Assembly: GCA_000182565.2 (NCBI GenBank)
Contig: KQ257465.1
Length of the DNA: 64,000 nucleotides
Origin: Spizellomyces punctatus DAOM BR117
Taxonomy: Eukaryota
Strand: one strand, 5' to 3'
Below the pieces are notes generated by a model that ran no database searches, was not told where the DNA came from, and worked only from the letters and a program-made list of their open reading frames with translations. Within the stretch, counting starts at the first letter, position 1. The number at the start of each line of letters is the position of its first letter. Positions 14,230-25,993 of this stretch are shown here, piece by piece. A program made the position numbers and the translations under genes.

Positions 14230-15388
14230 TTGGCTACCCTTACGGGGGGACAGCATTGCAACGTTCAAATGCAGCTTTGCTCCAAAAGGGTTGTTTCGTT
14301 GAATGAGTCATGACAGACGCTATCATGGCAACCAGCGTCCGAACGCGATCCTGACGTAAAGTTATCGGACTTCCTTCCAAAAGTACCACTAGGTCTTTTT
14401 TTCATCATAATCATAGAACCCATAGCACCATAATGGAGTAAAAGACAATACTGTACCAATTCTGAAAATCCTCCTGCATTCGTCTCCTTTGCAGAGATAC
14501 AGCCCGAAAGAACACTTCAAAATCCTTGCGCCTGTGTACAGCGGTTCCGGGGGCGAACGATCCCCTAGCCAAGACTATAATAGCGGCACCCATAAACCCC
14601 TCGTTCGGAGCCGACTACGATACGTGTAATTGCTGGGATATCTAAAATGGGTACGTTTAGGTTGCTAATCATTATTGGCGGACCTTGATCCACGGCTCCT
14701 GGAACAAACAGAAACGGTCACCCCATGGACCCCAGATGCCACGGAACTGTTAATCTTTATTTCGACATGTCTCAACCGAGACTTGCCAATTGTTTCAGTA
14801 GAGTAGTGGTTGTACGCAATGGCACCGATTGTTCACTCCTGAACATGGTGTGTGCTTGCTTGTACACATCCTTTTTGCACACGTCGACAAACTGCTGTCT
14901 AAGCGCCAGAAGGGCTGAAGTCCTGTTTAAGACGATGGCTATCTACAGCAGAATGACTGTATAGGACAATAGCAAAATCTATCACACGCAGTCCTCCTCA
15001 AGCCGAACTAACAGCAGACATTCATAGTCTGTTTTGTAACTGCATAGACATCAGTCTACGTAGTTGAACGAGATTGTCCCCGGATCATCTTAGAAGTCAA
15101 GTTTAAACTGGAATATCCCTTGAGGCCCTTGAAGACGGCAGTATATAAAACCTGCTATGTACAGATGTTGCGTACAAGCATAGTCACTTTGGATACTGTA
15201 CGTTTCAATTCATGTCCGTCGTCTCCCCATACTTGAAAAGACGGCCAGCCCGACAATGTAAGCAAACATGCTGAGCTGCACGCAAGCAAAATATTTTATA
15301 CCGGAACGAGCATCGTTTCAGTAATTCTAGTATTCAGTCTATAACACGTCCATCCAACTAAATATGGGATGCTTCCATAAAAATGGTG

Positions 15389-16380
15389 TTATCCATGAAC
15401 CGCTAACGCCCATTTCCTGCCTCTCTCGCGTAACGCTCTGTTGGCGACACCACCTATGCCGTAGGCCGGAAATATTCTACCCACGCGCGCCAGAGCAGTT
15501 CCCAAATACTCTCTTTTAATAAAATTCAATCGCGAAATTAAGGTAGCTGTTCCCGTTGGTCTATTGTAAAGATCCATGCCAAGAAGGTGCATAGGACAGC
15601 TCACAAACTGGACAGCACACGGAGTGACTAATTGAGAGAGGGTGTCCGCTGTCACCTTGCCTACTCCCACTTGTAATTGCAATCGCTGGGACACAATGGA
15701 CGGAAGATTGAACGAGGCGTAGATAGTCAGACTGTCTCTGGCGGTATATAAAAGGTTGCTCGACCATGGCACACGGCGGTTTTGTGCGGTATGAGACGCA
15801 AACAATCGAGTAAAGTACATATCCTTAAGAACCGAAGATACGACATTTGTTGTGGATGCTGCCAGAAACTTTGGAAAGAACCAATCGATATTCCATCGAT
15901 GCTCACAAAGACATTCCACAACGTTGGCAACACAGTATGTGGACGAATAAACTCCCCATACGAGGATAAATGGCATCTAAACAATTACGGTCACTCAATA
16001 TATATATTTGACTGCATCATTTAGTGCCGCTGATTGTTACACACCTGTCTGAGGAATTGCGTCGGATGCAGAAACAGGCTTTTGAATCCCGAAACGATAC
16101 CTCGCACGAGAGGTTCCCTTCCACTTGCATTAGCAAAAATAGATTTATCTATTATCGAAATAAACGGAGCAACAAGAAAGGCTGCACTGATGGCGCAGGC
16201 GCTCTCTGCCAGGAGTAGCCGGGACATCGTTCGTGAATCCAACCGACCAGGGGGTTCAAGGATTGGTTTGGCGACAGACAAGGGAGGACATTGAAATGGG
16301 AGGTTGTCACCACTAGCAGGCAGCAGATTGCTAGAGAATACCGGGTCTGTTCCCGCCGGGCACGGTGAAGGTGATGGCAT
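15389..16380 (-). CDS. Conserved membrane protein, sideroflexin/mitochondrial-carrier-like fungal family
   Basis: LVAPFISIIDKSIFANASG, WGVYSSTYCVAN, ARDSLTIYASFNLP, PCAVQFVSCPMHLLGMDLYNRP, RIFPAYGIGGVANR; one intron at ~15977-16044. Confidence 0.6.
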
Positions 16381-16755
16381 AGATTCTCCTCGACCCTCGT
16401 AAAGTTGCTGACCTCAAAGCACTGACTGACTGGTACGAAGCTCTGGCTGATTCCACATGTACTTCTATAGACGTTTCCTGCAGAGAGCTTGAAGTGTCCC
16501 CCTCAACCTAACTAGAACTCCCACCGCTCCCTATGGTGAACTGGAGGTCGGGATGGCGGAGAGTGTGCATTGCAGGAGGCTTAGATGAGATAAGATCATT
16601 CGGGTATTTTGAGAGTTGAGGAATTCCATGGTATCGGTTGTACTGTAGTTGTATCACATAAGCAAATCCCTCGGATTGCATCAGCGGCCACCGCTCGACA
16701 CACACTCTTATCCTGCTTCGCATCTTGCCTGAAACTACACGAGTTAAGGCTCAGC

Positions 16756-18970
16756 ATGACAGCAGCTATGCAGCGTTCGTTTTCAAGCGAGCTCCATGAC
16801 CTGGGCATTCCTACCGTCGATGTCAAAACGCTTGCGACTCGCATCAAAGAGCAGGATGCAACTATTAACTCCCTCCGTGAACAGCTCAAAAATTCCGAGT
16901 CTGAATGCTCCCGTCTCAGAAGCATCAATAAAATCTTGCGGGATAGACTAGCCCTTGTGGTGACACTCCAGGATCAGTTGCGGGGCACGTTAAAAGCCTA
17001 TGATGAAATTTCTGAACGTGTACAAGAGCATCTGCGATTAACGCAGCAACTGCAGAGTCTTGTCGATATTACCACAGGCAACGTCCAAACCGCCTTTCAG
17101 ACAATTCCCACCATTGCAGATTTGGATAAAATGGTCGAAGGTGTGACCGAAGCCACACCTGTCGTAAGGACGTTGACCGGTAGTCCACGAAGACGAAACA
17201 CTGGTGTGACTGCAATTCCTCCTCCCACGATTGATTCAGTCATTTCCTTATTGTCAATATTCCCTTTGTTTGCCGAGTTCCCCAGAGAAGTACTGGTCAG
17301 GCTCGCGCAATCCTCCTATGAGGTAACCTGGGGGAGGAGCAACCTTAATCTTGCATCATCCACACTGATATTTACTGGCCCAGATGAGGCGGAGTCCAGG
17401 TCAGAATATCATCACCAAAGGCGAAATGGGTGCTGAGATATTTTTTCTTGAGGAGGGCCAGGTGAACGTCATGGCCACTCTTTCAGATGGGCAAGGTGAA
17501 AGTGCGCGTCTTTTTGTATGTTCTGAGTAGACGTGATGCTGTCCCACAAGAGTTTTCTGAGCCATGCGCAAAATGTTAGATATCCCGCTTGCAACACTGA
17601 CTGCTAAAGCCTTTTTTGGTGAATTGGGAGTGTGTAAGTAACCTTATATGACATGGTATTGTATGCGGAACTCTGGTTAATTCGCTAGTATGGTAGTGTT
17701 TGGCAATCCCCGCACGGCCAGCGTGCAAACAAAGACAGACTGCGTACTTGTCGCTGTGACAAAGCAAAAGATTGATGAAGTTCTGCAAACATACCCGGAA
17801 CTGCAATTGAAACTCCGCGCATTTGCTGATGATCGGGTGAAATGGTGTGACACCCGCTCATACAAGGCCGGATTCGGAGGGGAGTTCATTACCAATATTG
17901 CGCGAAAAGACGTCAGCAAGGTAAAGACCATTAATTCTCACATGATATGCACTGAAGTTTTGCCCATGTGCTAACTCTTTGGTACCCTCATCCCAGCTTC
18001 CCATATTCAGTGATGCATCCGACGAATTCATTGAACAGCTTGGCAAGCGCTTAACTCCCGAGATTTTTCCCGCGGCTGCCACCATTATCGCCAAAGGGGA
18101 CGATTCTGATTGTATCTTCTTTATTGTTCGTGGTTCCGTCCAAGTTCTGGACGCAAACAGCAACGAGATTCATGCCGAAATGTCTGCGGGCTCCTTTTTT
18201 GGAGAGCTTGGAGTTGTCCTCAACGTACAACGTACAGCCAGCATCAAAGCAAAGGAGGAATGCTACCTCCTAAAGCTTACCAAAGCGAGCTTGACTGAGG
18301 TCCAGGACTTGTACCCAGCGATGAAGCAGAAGATTCAAGATGCAGTAGACGAGCGGTACGCTCTTTACAAAACTCGTACTCAAATAACCAACAAGGCACC
18401 GGAGCAGTTCCATATGGAAGTTGGACATCAGCAATTGACCAAAGTGAGTCACCGCTTCGATTTACAAACGCAGGAGCTGGCATTTATAAGCAGTATCCGA
18501 TCACAGCTATCAATTTTCCAGGATATAGATGATAACATTGTGAGCGAACTGGCGCTCCTCATGAGTCAGAAATCTTGGAAAGGCGGTGAATATATCATCA
18601 AGTGCGGAGATCAAGCAAACAGGTGAATTGGGACTATGTGATCTAGGAGAATAGATAGTTCCTCCAAACTTACTTGGTTCACCACGACAGCATGTTCTTC
18701 CTTGCATCGGGCGAAGTGGATGTCATTGGTGAATTTGGGGAACAGATTGACAGCGCAAAGGGTCCGGACGCGTGGTTCGGCGAGGTAGGCCTGCTTCAAG
18801 ATGTCCCGCGCACGGCAAGCGTTCGGGCTCGCACGGACTGTTCAACCTTCTTATTGCGGAAGGAGGACTTCATGGCATCACTTCGGAAGCACCCAAGCAT
18901 TGCTTCCCGGATTGAAGAGACTGCAAGGGAGAGGTTACAAGCTCATTTAATGAGGAGTATTCTAGCTTGA
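16756..18970 (+). CDS. Coiled-coil plus three cyclic-nucleotide-binding domains; no channel or kinase domain visible
   Basis: Three phosphate-binding cassettes: FFGELGV.FGNPRTASV, FFGELGVVLNVQRTASI, WFGEVGLLQDVPRTASV, each preceded by an L-x-[IL]-F..II-x-K/C-G-[ED] helix/strand. Confidence 0.85.
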
Positions 18971-19367
18971 GGACTACTCCCTACTGCGGAATGTTGATGT
19001 CCATTGCTTTGTTGCTTTGTTGCTTTCCTTATTTTTTTTTGCCGAACAGAGAAAAATACTGCCACATTTTGGGGACCATTTGGTTTTACTATTGTCCGCA
19101 ATCGCAGATGACGTGGTTCCAGAAAAAATCAAGCATCTATTATAATACTCGCTTCTTGTCACGTATAGCCGGGTCGATGTCATATTTACAGGGAGAATAA
19201 GGGAATAATGGAGCGGGTTGAGTAACAACGTGATTATGTTGCATCACTACCCCTTCATGAGCGTGACGCCGGCCCCCAGCGGCACATCTCGCGGAAACTA
19301 CGACCACGCCACAAGACGACATGCAGCTTATCAGAAAGAAATACGACAGACAACTGGGCCGACGCTG

Positions 19368-20335
19368 TTAAGCTCGTAATGCTGACAATCGAGCTGCCAT
19401 CGATTCCAGATCCTCTTCCTGCGCCTGTGGTTGTTGATCCTAGTGGTAACATGAGAAAGCATGACGATGAGGTGTCATATTCCGTATGCCAGACGATAGA
19501 AGAGACCAAAATACCTCCAATGGAGCTCCGACCGCTCCAGGTGCTTCTCCGAGCATTCCTAAAAAACAAAACGAATTAAGTCATCCGGTTGCGTCTACTC
19601 TGAGATAGAGGGAATCATTACCATCAGTAAGCTCGAAAAGAACTTTGCTCACTTCGTCCTCAGCCTCTTCCTCTATTCCTTCCTCATCTCCCATTTCTAT
19701 ACTGTCCTGCATCATCTCTTCAATGATTCCGGCCTGCCAGAACAAGTCCTTAGTACACGCAGTCGCAGATACATAGAATGTGAAAATCCGACCTTCATCA
19801 TCTCTGCCCCCATCTCAGACATTATGGAAGATATCTCAGGAAGCTTTACGAGATTGTTTACGAGTTTCATAACATCTGTGCTCTTTTGGAGTGTACCAGA
19901 AATTTTCATCGTCGCTGTTTTTTGACGATGTTATCACTCTTAGTATAGCGCGTAGCCCAATACAGATAGTGAGTCCCATACCTAGCTGCTGCTGCATATG
20001 CATTGTCAAAGAATTCAATTGCGCCTTTGAGGTGTAGAGTCGGTCCCGTGCCTTTCTACTCCTTACGATCTCTTTTGCCAACAATTTACATGAGGTGGTG
20101 TCATTTCGCTTCGCTGCCTGTTTGAGTGCTCGTTTTACTTTTGCTTCCTCAGCATCGATGCCACGCATGCTCTTTTCAAGTTCACGTTCTTGCGCACGGA
20201 CTGTTTGGCGCCATTTTTTAACCTGGGGTGGGCTGGTTGGGTGAGGAAAGAATCGGCGGACGCACCACATCAAGTGCAAACCTGTTCCTCGGGTGATAAC
20301 CTCTTTCCTATTAACATTTGCATTACGGAGGCCAT
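19368..20335 (-). CDS. VPS24: ESCRT-III subunit Vps24/CHMP3, multi-exon
   Basis: VKKWRQTVRAQERELEKSMRGI..., KEIVRSRKARDRLYTSKAQLNS, SGTLQKSTDVMKLVNNLVKLPEIS, C-terminal MIM DLESMAARLSALRA. Confidence 0.93.
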
Positions 20336-20534
20336 CTTTGCGGTTGAAGCTGGCTCAGTTGGTCTGGGAGATGTGTACGGGATGAGACACGAAGACGGCT
20401 GCTGGCTGGGATACTTGTGTGGCACGTGGTATATGTGGCGGGGCAATTACCAAAGCAGATCGGATGTTTTACGTGATGTGAACGACCAATCTTGGAACAC
20501 CAAAGCTTTCGAACGATCCGAAATCTAGCACAAA

Positions 20535-21130
20535 ATGTCAGCTAAACCCAGTACTGCTGCTTCCAAAATCAATTGGGCCTCTGTGACTCAAAAACTGCGT
20601 CCTGAAACCGCTCAAAAACTCAATGCCTTCCGTCGGCAGCATACAGAATTGGTCAAAGAAGTGATGACACTTCAAGAGCAGCTGCAAAGATATTCCATCG
20701 ACTTTGATTATTACTCTCGCGTTCTGAAAAACAAGAAAGTTGTCCTTGAAGCCAAACGTGCAATCGAAAACATGAAACCACTACCCGCCTTTGATGTTGA
20801 AAGTCTGTTGAAAATGATCGACGACGAGAAGAAGAAGGCCCTGGAGAGTGCCAAAAAAACCGAAGAAAAAGTTGGAAATGAAGTCAGTGAGCTGCGGAAA
20901 ATGATGGACGACATCGAACACATGCGGGCTCCCGAGCAATTGATAGTGGATGATGTCTTTGCGGCGTATCCGCAAGATCTGGACGCAGTGGTAGCAAAGA
21001 TGGCAAAGAGAGGTCAGTGGAGAATGCCAGGATATTATGAAAGGTAGGCACAAAATTTTGCTGTCAGAGCCACTGGGCATTTCTGAATCCATGAGATTGA
21101 AGGTTTGGCGAGTTCACGATCGGATTCTAG
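20535..21130 (+). CDS. ATP7: Mitochondrial ATP synthase subunit d
   Basis: KINWASVTQKL, IDFDYYSRVLKNKKVV, LIVDDV, GQWRMPGYYER|FGEF. Confidence 0.88.
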
Positions 21131-21257
21131 CTTCAAGAATCAAAATTGTATTTGTAAGTACTTATCACGCGATCTTGTGCCTGCTTTTCCATGCATTCTG
21201 CAGAATCCTTGATAAATGTATATATTACAGTATGTACGAGCTGAGTGCTCTCTTCTA

Positions 21258-22701
<1,444 letters not shown>

Positions 22702-22757
22702 TGTTGGACGACCCAAGATTTGGCTCCAGTTGCATACTCCGTCCTTGGACCATCCTT

Positions 22758-22771
22758 GTTGGCATGGCAAC
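22758..22771. promoter_or_regulatory. RFX X-box-like palindrome GTTGGCATGGCAAC in the KAE1/zinc-transporter divergent promoter
   Basis: One mismatch from the GTTGCCATGGCAAC consensus, ~57 bp upstream of the KAE1 ATG. Confidence 0.45.
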
Positions 22772-23069
22772 AGATCACCTTCTTGTCTCTGAAGATGCGT
22801 TGAAGCAAAACCGTAAAACTGACCGTGGGCTTTAAAAAGGCAGTTGCTGGAACCATTGTGCTTCTCACCCGTTCATTTCCGTCAATCTGCCAAATATCTG
22901 CGTTCGGAAAGTTTAGGTTTTACTTTCGTCGTTGTATGTAGGCCCCAACCCTGCTCCAGATACGTGGGGGTCGTTGCTAAAATTAGTTTAATGAAATCCA
23001 TCCGTCAATCCCCCAAACAGTCAGCCGTGGTAGGGAGCTACCTCCATCTTCATTCCCAGGTTTATCCCG

Positions 23070-24719
23070 ATGCTTCACTCGATAAGTATATCAGGGGGAA
23101 GCCCTGACCTTCCACTATACAAGTCGACCGTGGGATACTCCTCTGAGAAGTACAGGCAGAATGATCTTGTTGGCCTGGTCAAGCGATACATTCGCTCGAT
23201 TGTAAACGATAAATCGACCAGGAAGGTCTTTTTTTTCTTGTTGTTGAACATATCATTTACTGGAGTGGAGTTCTTATATGGATGGTGGACGCATTCGTTG
23301 GGCCTGACGGCGGATGCGGTGCATATGCTTTTTGACTCGACGGCACTCATTTTCTCGCTGGTGGCAAGTGTGATTGCCAAATGGGAGCCAAACGATAGGT
23401 TTACCTATGGGTACGTTGGAATTTAAGCTGTCTCTTTACGGCGGAGAAATTTCTCTGCGCATCATCTGCTGGCAGGCAGGAGAGGCGATCTAATGCGTGC
23501 CGGGTTTCCTTGCTTTTTGGCAGTTACGGAAGGGTGGAGACGATGACGGGATTTGTCAACGCACTAGCTCTGCTTTTCGCGAGCTGGAACATTATCTGGG
23601 AATCGTTTGAGCGCTTCTTTGATCCTACAGAGATTGAATCGGGTCAGCTATTAGTGGTGTCAGTCTTGGGGTTGCTGGTCAACCTTGGTAAGTCTTAATG
23701 ATATCGGATGATTATGAACATTATTTTGTATTGCTGTTCATTAACATTGTTGTTGAATCATCAGTCGGAATTTTCGCCTTCGATCATGGGCATGTACATG
23801 GGCACGACCACGGACATTCGCACGGACATGGCCATGATCACACACACTCGCACGCAAATTCGCATTCGCATAGTCATTGGAATGGAAGCAACGGGCACCA
23901 CGACCATCACCACGAGCATGACCATCAACATCATAACCATGATCACGGTCACGATCATGGTCACGGTCATCACCACCATCACGGTCATGCGCATTCGCAC
24001 GGTCACTCTCACGGGCACTCCCATGGGGGTGGTCATAATCATTTGATGCACGGTACTGTGATATTTGAGAGACCAGTGGCCCTCAACTATCTTACTGATT
24101 AAACAAGCAAATTCTTCACCATAGGGATGTTTCTTCACATTTTATCCGATACCCTAGGTTCGGTTGGTGTGATCATCTCTTCGATTCTCATACGGCTTTA
24201 CGGTGGGTGCGTCGTTTTCTGTCTCTTCAACGTTTGTTCTCTATCTAAAATCAGATCTTCTCCGCTCAGGCTGGCAGTGGACCGATCCTCTGTGTTCTCT
24301 ATTCATTGCTATACTGACAATCATTAGTCTGTGGCCGCTTCTGAAGAGTTCTGGTGCAACTCTCTTGCAGCGAGTACCAGAAGGCATAGAATGCAGTTTG
24401 GCGGAAGCATACAGAAAGGTATGAATACCATAACTGCTCTATTTACTTTGGATAGGCTTCTCAATCTTGTGGCCCATGTTCATTTCAGGTGAATTCAATC
24501 GAAGGAGTAGTGAGCTTTTCTCAACCGCACTTTTGGGAAGTATCCCAAGGGAACAACGTTGGAACAATAAAAGTACAGATGCGTCACGATCTTGGTGACG
24601 AGGAGAAGCTTCGCTTGCAGGTTGCGAGCGTTTTTCAGGAGATTGGGGTACGAAATTTGGTGGTGCAGATCGAGAAGACGGCACCGGTGGTAATGGGCGT
24701 AGGATCATATGTGGGCTAG
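23070..24719 (+). CDS. CDF-family zinc transporter (ZnT5/ZnT7/Msc2-like) with long His-rich loop
   Basis: FFFLLLNISFTGVEFLYGWWTHSLGLTADAVHMLFD, FTYGY|GRVETMTGFVNA, HGHDHGHSH... loop, FLHILSDTLGSVGVI, DPLCSLFIA, LLQRVP. Confidence 0.92.
23784..24051 (+). repeat. Low-complexity His/Gly/Asp codon repeat (CAC/CAT-rich) encoding the metal-binding loop
   Basis: About 90 codons dominated by HG/HS/HD dipeptides; produces spurious M/V/T-rich ORFs in other frames. Confidence 0.85.
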
Positions 24720-24852
24720 TGATATAGATGAATTCTATGGAGAAGTGAGGATGATAGAACTTTTTTGGATGTAATGCGGTGCGCGCTTGATTATCTCAAA
24801 TTTATTTATTACTATACTATATGGGTAACGATGTAGACTAAAAACATCGAGA

Positions 24853-25524
24853 CTATGCCATGATGTTCTCCTCTTCCTTGTCGCGACTTTCTCTGTAAGC
24901 AGAGAAAGCCTTGGCCAGAAAAGCGTCAAATTCGCTTCGAATCGCTTCTGGCTCGTTGTCAAGGGTGGTCGAGATGATTGGGATGCGTGAGAGAGGCATT
25001 CCTGAGCTGAACCGGAGCTTCGCACTTTTCTGGGGGCCATTGTGTGCGAAGATAACCATCTGGCGCTCATTAAGGGTCGGAAAGAGCTTGCATCTGTCAC
25101 AAAGAGCATCATAAGTGAGAAGACCATGTCGCAGAATTTCAGAGTGATACAAACAATGTGTCTAGCTCTCGCTCCTGCCTCAACTCTGGGGACGTCACCA
25201 AGATGACACAGTTTGCAGTGGACGAGAAAACCGGCCAGCAAGGATGGAATCTAGGATCTCCACTACAGTCCCATAGCTCGCAGGCAATCGTATGCTCCTT
25301 TCCCCCGTCTGGACGTATTTGTCGATCAAACTCTAATATCCTAACTGGGTATTATTGAGCTGTCGTAGTCCGGTGACACTGCTATTTAAATGGTACCTGA
25401 CACCCTGTGTTGGGTGGTAATCTGTTGTGTGAAGACTTTCTGTCAGCTCCGCAATGTGATTGCTTATCGCTGTTTTGCCGGTTCTTGGTGGACCGACGAC
25501 GAAAATTATGAGTTTGGTTGTCAT
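24853..25524 (-). CDS. IFT22: Intraflagellar transport protein 22 (RABL5), atypical small GTPase
   Basis: VVGPPRTGKTAISNHI...YHPTQGVR|ILEFDR..CELWDCSGDPRFHPCWP; C-terminal IRSEFDAFL...SRDKEEENIM matches IFT22/RABL5. Confidence 0.88.
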
Positions 25525-25993
25525 TGTGAAAGTGGAGGGCAGTTCGGTGAAGGTGCGCGGTTGGCATTAGGTTTCGTAATCAAATACGCGTCAAGGACCA
25601 GCATCAAGTGAACTCGAATAGTTGCTCATTCACGTTTGCCCTTCGTTCGTGATTTGTAGAACGAGTGGTTACATGCAGTGTTATGCGACTCGGTGGTGAT
25701 ATCGGACAGCGGGCCAAAGTGTACTCATGGTAGTAAGGGTTGGTACTTAATGTTCCATGGATTCAGCTGCTTACGTTGCGCGTGTTCTTAATTCCGATTT
25801 TGTTTTTGGATAGTTCGCCGTGTCAAGATGTTTTTGGCGCTCGTAAGCAGGTAGCGCGCGTACTTCCACGCTCCCCTTCAAGGTCTGCAAATGCAAACGG
25901 AAAGCAGCAACAACAGGTCCCGCCAATATTTTCGCATATCAGGCGCTTAAATAAAATACGCTGGGATCACTGGCATCTCGAAAGGCCACCGTC

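Noticed and set aside
23708-24138. M/V/T/I-rich ORFs on both strands
   Set aside because: Alternative-frame and antisense shadows of the His-codon repeat.
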